Assembly: GCA_963783305.1 (NCBI GenBank)
Contig: CAWAMW010000015.1
Span: 256,001-320,000 of the forward strand
Origin: an uncultured Gemmatimonadales bacterium
Lineage (GTDB): Bacteria > Gemmatimonadota > Gemmatimonadetes > Longimicrobiales > RSA9
Length of the DNA: 64,000 nucleotides
Reading direction: 5' to 3'
Under the pieces are notes generated by a model that did not search any database, was not told where the DNA came from, and saw nothing but the letters and a program-made list of their open reading frames with translations. This document shows positions 51,063-60,438 of this stretch, in pieces (the stretch's first letter is position 1; each line of letters begins with the position of its first letter). A program made the translations under genes and the position numbers.

Positions 51063-51551
51063 ATGGATCCAAATGACGCAGCAGGGAGCGGAACGGCGGT
51101 TCCGTCAGGGGCCGACCTTTTCGGGCAGAGGCGGAGCGTGTTCGGACGCCTTCCGATGGACCTGAAGGTAGTGGGCGGCCAGACCAAGGGCGGCCTGCTG
51201 GTTCTCGAGCAGATCGATGACCGGAGGGGCGGCCCACCTCGCCACGTGCACTCGGCCCAGGACGAGTGGTTCTACGTGATCCAGGGCCACTACCTCATCG
51301 AGGTTGGCGAGAGCCGCTTCGAGCTCGGTGCCGGGGACTCGGTGCTGGCTCCCCGAGGCGTCCCCCACGCGTGGGCGCATGTTGGCGAAGGCACTGGGCG
51401 AATGCTGGTAGAGTTCCACCCCGCGGGACAAATGGAGGCGTTCTTCGCTGAGGCCACTCAGCTGAGCGGGGTGTCCGCGGGCCCGGAGCTGGCGCGACTG
51501 TTCTCCGAGCACGGCATGCAGCTGGTCGGCCCACCGCTCGAAGTGGAGTGA
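51063..51551 (+). CDS. Cupin domain protein
   Basis: GPPRHVH..QDEWFYV, GDSVLAPRGVPHAW. Confidence 0.9.
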   Translation: MDPNDAAGSGTAVPSGADLFGQRRSVFGRLPMDLKVVGGQTKGGLLVLEQIDDRRGGPPRHVHSAQDEWFYVIQGHYLIEVGESRFELGAGDSVLAPRGVPHAWAHVGEGTGRMLVEFHPAGQMEAFFAEATQLSGVSAGPELARLFSEHGMQLVGPPLEVE

Positions 51552-51554
51552 AGC

Positions 51555-52085
51555 ATGGCGAGGATCGTATTCGGGATGAACCAGTCGCTGGACGGCTATG
51601 TCGACCACACGGCCTTCGCGCCGGGCCCCGCGCTGTTCCGGCATTTCATCGAGGAGGCGCAGGGTCTGGCGGGGAGCGTGTACGGCCGCGGAATGTATGA
51701 GGTCATGCGGTACTGGGACGACGAGCATCCTGAATGGGATGCGGAGGAACGAGCGTTCGCGGCGGCGTGGCGGAAGCAGCCGAAGTGGGTCGTCTCGCAC
51801 TCGTTGGAGTCGGTCGGCCCGAACGCCACGGTGGTCGAGGACGATCTCGAGGGCGCGATCCGCGAGCTGAAGGCCGGGCGCGAAGGGGATATCGGGATCG
51901 CTGGCCCGGCGCTGGCGCAGAGTCTCACGGAGCTCGGCCTGATCGATGAGTATCGGATCTACCTGCACCCCGTGGTGCTCGGTCACGGCACGCCGTATTT
52001 CGCCGGACCCCGGCCGCGGCTCCGGCTGCTGTCGAGTGACCGGATGGCCGAGGATGTGATCCGGCTGGCATACGTTCCCGCATGA
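51555..52085 (+). CDS. Dihydrofolate reductase-like (RibD C-terminal) protein
   Basis: NQSLDGYV, GRGMYE, GLIDEY, PVVLGHG. Confidence 0.9.
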   Translation: MARIVFGMNQSLDGYVDHTAFAPGPALFRHFIEEAQGLAGSVYGRGMYEVMRYWDDEHPEWDAEERAFAAAWRKQPKWVVSHSLESVGPNATVVEDDLEGAIRELKAGREGDIGIAGPALAQSLTELGLIDEYRIYLHPVVLGHGTPYFAGPRPRLRLLSSDRMAEDVIRLAYVPA

Positions 52086-52195
52086 TCTCGCGATAACCCG
52101 GGACCGGGAAACGGGGTGCTTCGATTGCGGGAACACCCCCCCGTTTGCAGGTTCGAAGAAGTCCCGTTGGCTCGGACCAGAAGACGGAGACCCCA

Positions 52196-52777
52196 CTGAG
52201 AACGCTCAGAATCATCCAACACATCTCGCTGGACGGCGTCATCCAGCATTCGGACGATGACAGCGACTTCCCCTACGCCAACTGGACGGTGCCCTATCGG
52301 ACGCCCGCCGGCCGGGAGGCGATGGTCGCGGCGTACGGCGGGGGCTTCGACCTGCTGCTCGGCCGTCGCACCTACGATATCTGGGCGGGCTACTGGCCAA
52401 AGGCGCCGAGCGGTCCGCTTGCGGACGGCCTCAATGCGGCCACGAAATTCGTTGCGACCCACCGTCCGGAAACGCTGGAATGGGGCCCGTTCGAGGGGCT
52501 CGGACCGGACATCGTCGAGGGCGTTCGGCGCATCAGGTCGCAGGACGGCCCGGAGCTGGTCCTCTCGGGCAGCTCAACGCTTACATCGCTTCTGCTCGAG
52601 CACGGGCTCGCGGATGAAGTGGTGCTGGTGGTCTACCCGGTCCTGCTGGGCACGGGAAAGCGCCTCTTCGCGGAGGGAACGCCGCCACGCTCATTCGAGC
52701 TCGTCCACACGAAGCCAATGCCGTCCGGCATCATCCTCAGTACGTACGAGGCAGCCGGTCCCCTGAAGACCGGATAG
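52196..52777 (+). CDS. Dihydrofolate reductase-like (RibD C-terminal) protein
   Basis: ISLDGVIQ, LLGRRTY, GLADE, PVLLGTGKRLF; start codon uncertain (CTG after GGAGA). Confidence 0.85.
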   Translation: MRTLRIIQHISLDGVIQHSDDDSDFPYANWTVPYRTPAGREAMVAAYGGGFDLLLGRRTYDIWAGYWPKAPSGPLADGLNAATKFVATHRPETLEWGPFEGLGPDIVEGVRRIRSQDGPELVLSGSSTLTSLLLEHGLADEVVLVVYPVLLGTGKRLFAEGTPPRSFELVHTKPMPSGIILSTYEAAGPLKTG

Positions 52778-52879
52778 ACGAACCCGACGACGGTGGGGTG
52801 CAGACGGGGAGAGGGGATCGGTCGGGGGGCGCAACGCCCACCGGCAGGCATCAGGATCCATCGCTTCAAGGGAGGTCCC

Positions 52880-53302
52880 ATGAAGGTTCTGCTGACAGGA
52901 GTGCTGGTCGCGGTTCTCGCCACCGGGTGCGCTTCGAATGTCGAGGTGGCCTACCCCGTTCCGGAGAGCGGTGCTCGGACCGGAGAAGTGCTGGTGCGGT
53001 TCACCGAGCCCATGAAGTCGGTGAGCATCGTGTTGGACGGAGACCTCGTGGCGGAGGACGAGTATACCGAACGGGTCCACGTCCTGGGCGTCCCCGTGGG
53101 CTCCCATGAGGTCAGGGTCGTGGCTGCCGCCGGCAGCCGGTCGCGGGCGGTGGAGCAGACCGAACGTGTACTGGTCGCGCCGAACAAGCAGGCCGTCGTG
53201 CTGGTGGCCGCGCCCCCGCAGGGGCTCGGATACTGGATCAACTCGGCGGCGATGTTCCTGGTATACGGCGCGGTGATTCTCTCCACGGAGCACGACTGGT
53301 AA
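52880..53302 (+). CDS. Hypothetical lipoprotein
   Basis: RBS GGAGG, lipobox ATGC, C-terminal TM. Confidence 0.75.
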   Translation: MKVLLTGVLVAVLATGCASNVEVAYPVPESGARTGEVLVRFTEPMKSVSIVLDGDLVAEDEYTERVHVLGVPVGSHEVRVVAAAGSRSRAVEQTERVLVAPNKQAVVLVAAPPQGLGYWINSAAMFLVYGAVILSTEHDW

Positions 53303-53337
53303 GGTCCCGAAGGCGTCTGCGCGTCCAGTCGGAGAAC

Positions 53338-53967
53338 GTGGGGGTCGCCGAGCTACCGGACGGAACGCGACTCGTTCGCGTGGGCGACGCGCTGGCCGGA
53401 GAGTGCGCGGCCTGGAGGTACGGTGGCGAGCTGAGACGGCGCCGGCGCGGCTTTCTCCCACAGACGGGGGTCGGGATCGCGCTGTCACTGGTTACGGGCT
53501 TCCCCGCCCCGCTCCCGGGACAGGTGGAGCGGAAGGACGTTCTTTACCGGCTCACCGGTGAGAGCTCGCCCACGGGCCGGGAGCTGCTGCTGCGACGAAG
53601 GGGGCTGGACCCGGTCACGTTCCGGTTCGACCCCGACCACGGGCAGTGGCGCATGCGGCTCGGTCGCTCCTGGAAATGGTTCCGGAGCGTGCCCGTGCTC
53701 GAGCTGGAAGGCGCTCCGGCTCGCACCCTGCTGGACCGCATGCTCCTCAGCGTGAACCGTCGGGTGCGTCGAAGAACCGGCCGCGGGGAGCGCTCCGTCT
53801 GCTGGACGAACGGGGCTCGGCCGCCGGATACGTTCGGAGCCTTGGCGAGGGGGTGGCGCGGGACGGGTCGTCTCCCGTGCCGGGATCGCGGACTCCCTTT
53901 GAAAGGCCCGCGATCGCGAGGGCCGCCCGAGAAGGGACTGGACAGGACGCGGCTGGCGGGCCATTGA
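53338..53967 (+). CDS. Hypothetical protein (possibly a fragment)
   Basis: RBS GGAG; fills the gap in a co-oriented run. Confidence 0.45.
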   Translation: MGVAELPDGTRLVRVGDALAGECAAWRYGGELRRRRRGFLPQTGVGIALSLVTGFPAPLPGQVERKDVLYRLTGESSPTGRELLLRRRGLDPVTFRFDPDHGQWRMRLGRSWKWFRSVPVLELEGAPARTLLDRMLLSVNRRVRRRTGRGERSVCWTNGARPPDTFGALARGWRGTGRLPCRDRGLPLKGPRSRGPPEKGLDRTRLAGH

Positions 53968-54013
53968 AATAGGGTACGGCTGATCCATTTCCCACGCAGA
54001 TCCGGAGGCATCC

Positions 54014-54439
54014 TTGACGGGCAGAACGATCGAATGGGTCGCGCGGGAGTTCATCCAGGTGTGGAGCGCCGGGAACATCGAGCTCCTCGACCGGCTGGCG
54101 AGCGAGGACCTGAGGGTGGCGTACTCGCATTTTCCGGAGCCGATCGTCGGGCGGGAGGCGTTCCGGGGCATCCTCGAGGAGACGTTCAGGCATTTCCCCG
54201 ACCTGAAGACGACGGCGCGGACGATCATCGCGGACGGCGAGCGGGCGGCGGTCGAGTGGGAGTACGAAGGGACGCACCAGCACGGTGAGCTCTTCGGCGC
54301 CCAGCCGGATGGCCGCCGGGTGCGGGTGGCGGGGATGACGTTCTACCGGGTCGTGGACGGCCGGGTGGTGGAGGAGCGCGGCGTGGCGGACGTCCTCGGC
54401 CTCATGGAGCAGTTGAAGGACCCCAACCCAGGCGAGTGA
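54014..54439 (+). CDS. SnoaL-like ester cyclase
   Basis: FPDL, IADGERAAVEW, GTHQ, PDGRRV. Confidence 0.88.
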   Translation: MTGRTIEWVAREFIQVWSAGNIELLDRLASEDLRVAYSHFPEPIVGREAFRGILEETFRHFPDLKTTARTIIADGERAAVEWEYEGTHQHGELFGAQPDGRRVRVAGMTFYRVVDGRVVEERGVADVLGLMEQLKDPNPGE

Positions 54440-54442
54440 ACC

Positions 54443-54670
54443 ATGGAGCTGCTGAAAGACACAGAGACGGACCTGCCGGTCTGGATGCGCGTGACGCTGC
54501 TGGTGTTCGGCGGGGTGTTCGCGGCCCTGGCGTGGTGGCTGGGAGTCGCGCCGGGCGCGGACTGGGAGAGGCTGCTCGGCGCCGGGCTCTCGGCGGCTCT
54601 GGCCCTGCTGCTCCTGGTCTCCGCCGCGCGAGGCCGGATCTGGCGCTGGATGTGGCTGTTCCCCGGATAG
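54443..54670 (+). CDS. Small membrane protein
   Basis: Two TM segments, tight spacing. Confidence 0.6.
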   Translation: MELLKDTETDLPVWMRVTLLVFGGVFAALAWWLGVAPGADWERLLGAGLSAALALLLLVSAARGRIWRWMWLFPG

Positions 54671-54759
54671 TCGTGGCCGACGCAGGTGTTGATTTTCGGG
54701 CGTCGGGGAGCGATCGAAGGAGCACGCTGGAACTCCACCCGAACGAGAGAGGGGGCGCA

Positions 54760-54951
54760 ATGGAGGCAAAGGGTACAGTGCGGGAAACGGAAGGCCGTCG
54801 GAGGCTCCGGATCGTCCTGGTAATGGCGGCCGCGGCCTCGGCGATCGCCGCCGGGCTGCGGTTCCTGGATGGCGAGTCGGGGATGGCGCTGCTCAGCGCC
54901 GGCGTCGGGGCGGTGTTCGTACTCGCCATCTTGCTGACGTATCGCGAATGA
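54760..54951 (+). CDS. Small membrane protein
   Basis: Two TM segments; ATGA overlap with the next gene. Confidence 0.55.
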   Translation: MEAKGTVRETEGRRRLRIVLVMAAAASAIAAGLRFLDGESGMALLSAGVGAVFVLAILLTYRE

Positions 54952-55313
54952 GCGTGAATCGTCGGGAGGCCATCCGCGAGTACAAGGAGGCGGTGCGTCC
55001 GGCGGGGGTGTACCGGGTCCGCAATCGGCTGAGCGGCAGGTCGCTGGTGGGCGCGAGCAGCGACCTGCCGTCGATGCTGAACCGTCAGCGTGCGCAGCTG
55101 CGGTTCCACGGCCACGGGTGCAGGGAGCTGCAGCGGGACTGGGACGAGGCGGGCGAGGAGTCGTTCGAGTTCGAGGTGCTGGACGAGATCGAGTCGCGTG
55201 ACGACGGCAGCGCCGATCTGCGGGACGAGCTGAAGCAGCTGGAGGACCTCTGGCGCGACAAGCTCGCCGCGGAGGGTGAGGAGCTCTACGAGTTCCGCGG
55301 CTCGATCCGCTAG
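54948..55313 (+). CDS. GIY-YIG nuclease family protein
   Basis: PAGVYRVRN..SGRSLVG, LNRQR, LQRDW, FEFEVL. Confidence 0.8.
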   Translation: MSVNRREAIREYKEAVRPAGVYRVRNRLSGRSLVGASSDLPSMLNRQRAQLRFHGHGCRELQRDWDEAGEESFEFEVLDEIESRDDGSADLRDELKQLEDLWRDKLAAEGEELYEFRGSIR

Positions 55314-55320
55314 CGGACCC

Positions 55321-55767
55321 GTGACTCGTTCCGAGGCGACGCCGGGCTATTCCGGGACCCCCCTGGTCCGAAAGCTCGGGCTGAAGCAGGGGATGCGGAT
55401 CCACCTGATCCACGCGCCCGAGCACTACTGGGCGCTGCTGGGGGGGAGCCCGGCCGCCATCGGTGTGGAGCCGATCTCGGAGACCGACGATCCGGAAGCC
55501 GACTTCATCCACCTCTTCGCGACGGATGCGGACACGCTGGCCGAGTCGTTCGCGCGGGCCCGGCCCTGGATGAGCCAGGACGGCATGGTGTGGGCCTCGT
55601 GGCCGAAGAAGTCGTCCGGCATGGCGAGCGCGATCGGCCGGAGCGAAGTGATGGCGGCGGGCAAGGAGGTGGGCCTGGTGGACATCAAGGTCTGCGCGGT
55701 GGACGAGGTCTGGTCCGGACTCAAGTTCGTGATCCCGACGAAGGAGCGAGTGCGTGGCAGCGGATGA
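55321..55767 (+). CDS. DUF3052-like protein
   Basis: GYSGTPLVRKLG, WASWPKK, GLVDIKVCAVDEVWSGLK. Confidence 0.82.
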   Translation: MTRSEATPGYSGTPLVRKLGLKQGMRIHLIHAPEHYWALLGGSPAAIGVEPISETDDPEADFIHLFATDADTLAESFARARPWMSQDGMVWASWPKKSSGMASAIGRSEVMAAGKEVGLVDIKVCAVDEVWSGLKFVIPTKERVRGSG

Positions 55768-56302
55768 GCTGAGCGAGGAGCTCCTGGCGACGCTCCAGGA
55801 GCGCTTCGAGGAGAACATGCACCGCCACGAGGGCATGGACTGGGCGGAGGTGCGGTCGCGGCTGGAAGGGTCGGCCGACAAGCTGCGGTCACTGGGCGAG
55901 ATGGAGCGTACGGGCGGAGAGCCGGACGTGGTGGGTCGGGACGAGGAAACGGGCGAGTACATCTTCTGGGACTGCGCGCCGGAGAGCCCGAAGGGGCGGC
56001 GGAGCGTGTGCTACGATCGCGAGGCGCTGGAGTCACGGAAGAAGCACAAGCCGGAGACCAGCGCGATGGACATGGCGGCCGAGATGGGCGCCGTGCTGCT
56101 GACCGAGGAGCAGTACCGCAGACTGCAGGAGCTCGGCCCGGTGGACGCGAAGACGTCGAGCTGGCTGCGGACGCCGGAGCGGGTACGGGAGCTCGGGGGC
56201 GCCATCTTCGGCGATTACCGGTTCGGCCGGGTGTTCGTCTACCACAACGGGGCCGAGTCGTACTACGGGGCCCGCGGGTTCCGGTGCGAGCTCAGGGTCT
56301 GA
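55754..56302 (+). CDS. DUF4256 protein
   Basis: RFEENMHRH, MERTGGEPDVV, ESPKGRRSVCYD, YHNGAESYY..RGFR. Confidence 0.85.
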   Translation: MAADELSEELLATLQERFEENMHRHEGMDWAEVRSRLEGSADKLRSLGEMERTGGEPDVVGRDEETGEYIFWDCAPESPKGRRSVCYDREALESRKKHKPETSAMDMAAEMGAVLLTEEQYRRLQELGPVDAKTSSWLRTPERVRELGGAIFGDYRFGRVFVYHNGAESYYGARGFRCELRV

Positions 56303-56316
56303 AGGGGGTCTGAGCC

Positions 56317-56475
56317 ATGACGAGCTGGATCTTCGCGGGAGTGGGGGCGCTCTTCATGGCGCTGGCGGTGCCGATGATCACGCGGCGACTGCGTCGGAAC
56401 TGGTGGTACGGGCTCCGGACGGTGCACACCATGAGCGACGAGCGGGTGTGGGCGGGGAGTGGGTCGAGGTCATGA
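56317..56475 (+). pseudogene. Truncated SdpI-family protein
   Basis: Manual translation ...RRNWWYGLRTVHTMSDERVW then early stop. Confidence 0.65.
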
Positions 56476-56560
56476 GGATGGATTTACGGCTGCGTGGGTG
56501 TGGCCGCGGGCGCGTGGGCCTGACCGATGGGAAAGGCCGGACCCGGACCCGGACGGGGGG

Positions 56561-57961
56561 CTACCTGGGCAGCGACTGCGGCAGATCGGCGATCACGTAG
56601 GCCATGACGGCGAGGGCGGCCACGCACCGGGCGAACTCCTCGGGGTCGAGCTTGTCGAGGGTGTCGGCCTCGCTGTGGTGGTACCAGAAGTACTTCTCGC
56701 CGTCGACGTTCAGGCCCATGCCGGGGACGCCGCGCTCCATGATGGGGCCGATGTCGGCGCCGCCGCCGCCGCGGATGATGGCGCCGGCCTCGATGCGCTC
56801 GAGGAGGCTGCCGACGGCGGAGACTAGGTCGAAGGCGGCGTCGGAGCCGGTGAAGCCGAAGCCGATGGGGTCGAACACGCCGGAATCGGTCTCAATGGCG
56901 AGGACGTGATCGTCGAGGTCGTCGGAATGGGCGTCGCGATAGGCGCGGCCGCCGCGTAGCCCGTTCTCCTCGTTGGTCCAGAGGACGACGCGAACGGTGC
57001 GGCGGGGCTGGAGGCCCAGGGCCTTCATGAGTCGGACGGCCTCCCACGCGGCGACGCTCCCGCCGCCGTCATCCATGGCGCCCTGCCCCACGTCCCAGGA
57101 GTCGATGTGGCCGCCGAGCACGACCACCTCGTCCGGGCGCTCGGAGCCGCGCAGCTCCGCCACCACGTTCCGCGACAGCACCTCGCCCTCGTCGCGGGCG
57201 TCCATCTCCACCCGGATCACGATGCGCTCGCCGCGCTCCTGCATGCGGTGGAGCATGAGGGCGTCCTCGACGGTGATGGCGGCGTGGGGGATGCGGCGGA
57301 CATCGTCGTCGTAGCGCATCATGCCGGTGTGGGGCGAGTTCATGGAGAACGACGCGACGGAGCGGACCAGGCTCGCCACCGCGCCCGCACGGGCGGCCGC
57401 CACGGCGCCACTGGTGCGGTAGCGCACGGTCTCGCCGTAGCTGGTGAACGGCACGTCCCATACGACGATCTTGCCCGCTGCCCCGCCAGCGCGCGCCGCG
57501 AGCTCCTCGAAGCTGGAGACGACGAGCGCCTCCGCGGTGATCCCGCCGTCGGGCGTGCCGATGCTGCCGCCGAGCCCGAGCATGGCCAGCTCCGCCTCGC
57601 GCGGCTCGATCAGCGTGACCGACTCCTCCCCGCGGACCCAGCGCGGGACCATGGCGGGCTCGCCGCGAACGTTCGCCAGGTCGTCGGCGGACATGCCCCG
57701 CAGGATCCAGTCGATGGCCTGCTCCAGGCTCTCGGAGCCGCTCAGCCGGGGGCCGAAGCGATCCACGAGCTCGGCCAGGCGGCTCCAGCCGGTGGAATCG
57801 GCGAGAGCGGCGTCGATCAGGCGATCGGCCTCGGCGCGGTAGGCGGCCGGAACGGCCGCGGGCGCGAGGGCCCCCGCGGGCGCGGGCGTCTGCGCCAGCA
57901 GGGCCGGGGGAGCCATTAGGCCGACGAGCGCGGCCGTGAGCAGCGGGAGCAAGCGGGTCAT
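56561..57961 (-). CDS. M28 peptidase (carboxypeptidase Q-like)
   Basis: GPRLSGS, GGHIDSWD, GAMDD, NEENG, YHHSEAD. Confidence 0.92.
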   Translation of the reverse strand: MTRLLPLLTAALVGLMAPPALLAQTPAPAGALAPAAVPAAYRAEADRLIDAALADSTGWSRLAELVDRFGPRLSGSESLEQAIDWILRGMSADDLANVRGEPAMVPRWVRGEESVTLIEPREAELAMLGLGGSIGTPDGGITAEALVVSSFEELAARAGGAAGKIVVWDVPFTSYGETVRYRTSGAVAAARAGAVASLVRSVASFSMNSPHTGMMRYDDDVRRIPHAAITVEDALMLHRMQERGERIVIRVEMDARDEGEVLSRNVVAELRGSERPDEVVVLGGHIDSWDVGQGAMDDGGGSVAAWEAVRLMKALGLQPRRTVRVVLWTNEENGLRGGRAYRDAHSDDLDDHVLAIETDSGVFDPIGFGFTGSDAAFDLVSAVGSLLERIEAGAIIRGGGGADIGPIMERGVPGMGLNVDGEKYFWYHHSEADTLDKLDPEEFARCVAALAVMAYVIADLPQSLPR

Positions 57962-58026
57962 CGTGATCGAACGAAGCATCGGGAGCATCCTGGGCATGGG
58001 TAGCAGAGCGGAGCGGCGGACGGTCC

Positions 58027-58875
58027 TCACCGCGTGGCCGCCACGCGATCGCGGCCGTCGCCCTTGGCGCGGTAGAGAGCCGAGTCGGCGGCGGCTACCA
58101 GGTCGCGGGAAGTGTCCATCTCGTCGTTGTACTGGGCAACGCCCGCGCTGACCGTGAACGGCGGGAGATCGGCGATCTCGCTGATCGCCAGCCGGATCGA
58201 CTCGGCGAAGCGGAGCCCGGGTTCCACGGTGGCGCCCGACAGGATGGTGATGAACTCCTCGCCGCCGTAGCGAGCGGACAGGTCCATGCGGCGAGTGCGG
58301 CCCGTGAGGACACCGACAAAGGCGCGGAGCGCGTCGTCGCCGATCATGTGGCCGTGCTCGTCGTTGTAGTCCTTGAAGCGATCGATGTCGAAGAGGACGA
58401 CGGCAAGTTCCCGCCCGCGCTGGGCGGCCGCGAACTCCTTCTCGAGGAACAGTTCGGCCAGACGACGGTTCGGCACGTCCGTCAGCTCGTCCTGCAGCGC
58501 CAGCCGCTCGGCTCGCGCGCGCTCCTGGTGGAGCAGCTCGCTTACCAGCCCGACGGTCAGGCCGATGGAGATGTAGGCGGCCACGACGGCCAGGAGCATG
58601 ATCCAGTTGGTGGTGATGTCCAGCGCGATGACCAGCACCTGCACCAAGGACAGGACCACCATCCCCACGAGCATGGCGATGGCCACGCCGTTCCACCCGC
58701 GGTAGTACGCCAGGAGGAAAGCGGGGACGAGGGCGAGGAGCCAGAGCAGGAGCTCGTACTCGACCGACGGCTCGGGGAACCAGAAAGTGGCCACGGCCGG
58801 TACCAGCAGAGCGCTGAATGACAGGATCAGCCCACGCAGCGGGATCTCAGGCTTGCCGAAGTACCATACTGCCAT
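58027..58875 (-). CDS. Membrane diguanylate cyclase
   Basis: N-terminal TMs, DIDRFKDYND, RYGGEEF. Confidence 0.92.
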   Translation of the reverse strand: MAVWYFGKPEIPLRGLILSFSALLVPAVATFWFPEPSVEYELLLWLLALVPAFLLAYYRGWNGVAIAMLVGMVVLSLVQVLVIALDITTNWIMLLAVVAAYISIGLTVGLVSELLHQERARAERLALQDELTDVPNRRLAELFLEKEFAAAQRGRELAVVLFDIDRFKDYNDEHGHMIGDDALRAFVGVLTGRTRRMDLSARYGGEEFITILSGATVEPGLRFAESIRLAISEIADLPPFTVSAGVAQYNDEMDTSRDLVAAADSALYRAKGDGRDRVAATR

Positions 58876-58884
58876 GGAAGCCCC

Positions 58885-60255
58885 TCAGGTGTGCGCCGCG
58901 GGAGATGCCATTTCTGAACTCGCCGACCGCTCGCGCTCGGGGCGCGGCCGCGCCACCCCGGCACCCGAACGCCACGGGCGGCGGGCGACCAGCAGAGCCA
59001 GCGCCCAGGCCCAGAGGATCCACGAGACGCGCTCCGCGGCGCTCATGCCGCCGAACATGGTCCAGGTGATGGCCGGGACCGTAGTGGCCAGGTCGACTGG
59101 GTCGTCGCCGGCCCACGGGACCCGCCGCTCCACCACCCATGAGGCGCCGCGGCGCTCCCGATGCAGCTTCTCCTCGATGGCGGCCCCGAGCTGCCGCGGC
59201 GTGTACCGCTGCCACCCTGGAAGCCGCATGAGCGTCCACGCGGCGGCCGTCCGGCCCCAGCCGTGGTTGTTGGTGGCCGCCACCAGCGCCAGATCGAGGG
59301 AGTCGGCCATCCGCAGAAGCTGCGCACGGTCCCGTCGGCTCTGCCGGAGACCGCGCGGCGATGCATCGCTCAGCTCCAGCGCCACGAACCCGATCGTGCT
59401 CGCCGTCGACGAGACCACGCCATCGAGCTCCTCGGGCAGCGTGAACACCAGCGTCGGGCGGACGCCGGCCTCCCTGGACAGCCGCGCGAGCTCCGCCGGA
59501 TCCAGGTCGTTGCCCTCCGCGGCGCTCCGGTAGCGCCAGTCCTCGCCCAGCGCGCTCGCGTACTTCCCCAGGTACTTGATCTCGAGCGCCGGCAGCAGGA
59601 CCATCCCCTCCCCCGCCCTCTCCGGGTTCCCGGGCGCCGCGTCCTCATAGCCCTGCCAGGTGCGGTGATCGGCGATGTAGGCGGCGTCGAACCCGGCGGC
59701 GGCGTGCCACTCGCGGCGGTCCTCGGCGCTGAACCCATCGCGGCTGTCATGGGAGTGCTCGGTGTGGCTGTGCACATCGAGCACGAGGACGTCCTCGTCC
59801 GCCGGGACCAGCGCCGCCATGGGGCGCGGCCCGACTATGCCGTAGCCGTAGAAGGCGGCCAGGCCGAGGAGCGACAGGAGCGCAACGCCGAGCTCTACGC
59901 CAGCGCGGCGGAGGGGGCCCCGTCGAACCCGTGACCGGAGTACCCGCCACGCCACGAACAGGAGGATGAGGGTGGCGAGGACGGCGTAGTGCTGGCCGAG
60001 CGTGAGGACGGAAAGGGTGTCCAGGACGTTGAGGACGGGGGCGATGAGGAGATATCCCGAGTCGACGTCGAGGCGAACGCCGGTGGCGGCCGCGCCGCTT
60101 GCGCCGCGGGTCAGGGCGGACGGGCCGATGATGGCGCCGGCGAGGACGAGGAGGGTAATGGAGATGGGGATCCAGTACGTGCGGAGCATGGTGCCCAGCG
60201 CGGAACCCTCGGCATCCGGTCCGGCCCGTTCCGACGGCCGAGTCTGTGTGATCAC
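58885..60255 (-). CDS. PHP-domain membrane protein
   Basis: DVHSHTEHSHD, ADH, NNHGWG; TM segments. Confidence 0.75.
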   Translation of the reverse strand: MITQTRPSERAGPDAEGSALGTMLRTYWIPISITLLVLAGAIIGPSALTRGASGAAATGVRLDVDSGYLLIAPVLNVLDTLSVLTLGQHYAVLATLILLFVAWRVLRSRVRRGPLRRAGVELGVALLSLLGLAAFYGYGIVGPRPMAALVPADEDVLVLDVHSHTEHSHDSRDGFSAEDRREWHAAAGFDAAYIADHRTWQGYEDAAPGNPERAGEGMVLLPALEIKYLGKYASALGEDWRYRSAAEGNDLDPAELARLSREAGVRPTLVFTLPEELDGVVSSTASTIGFVALELSDASPRGLRQSRRDRAQLLRMADSLDLALVAATNNHGWGRTAAAWTLMRLPGWQRYTPRQLGAAIEEKLHRERRGASWVVERRVPWAGDDPVDLATTVPAITWTMFGGMSAAERVSWILWAWALALLVARRPWRSGAGVARPRPERERSASSEMASPAAHT

Positions 60256-60438
60256 CGTGATCGCGCCTTTTGGGATTGGACGAGGATCGGGAGTGGCGGT
60301 GAACTCTAGCGAGGGTGGGGCGGTCGATCAAGATGGGGCGCGTCGGCGGGGCTTGCGGCGGGGCGCCGGAGTGCCGAGGATCGGCATTGGGGATACTCCG
60401 GACCGACCGGGGCCTTCCATCGGCGGGAGTCATGGGGC

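Noticed and set aside
50272..52777. dfrA trimethoprim-resistance cassettes
   Set aside because: Sequences fit RibD C-terminal-like proteins and have no att sites; resistance cannot be inferred.
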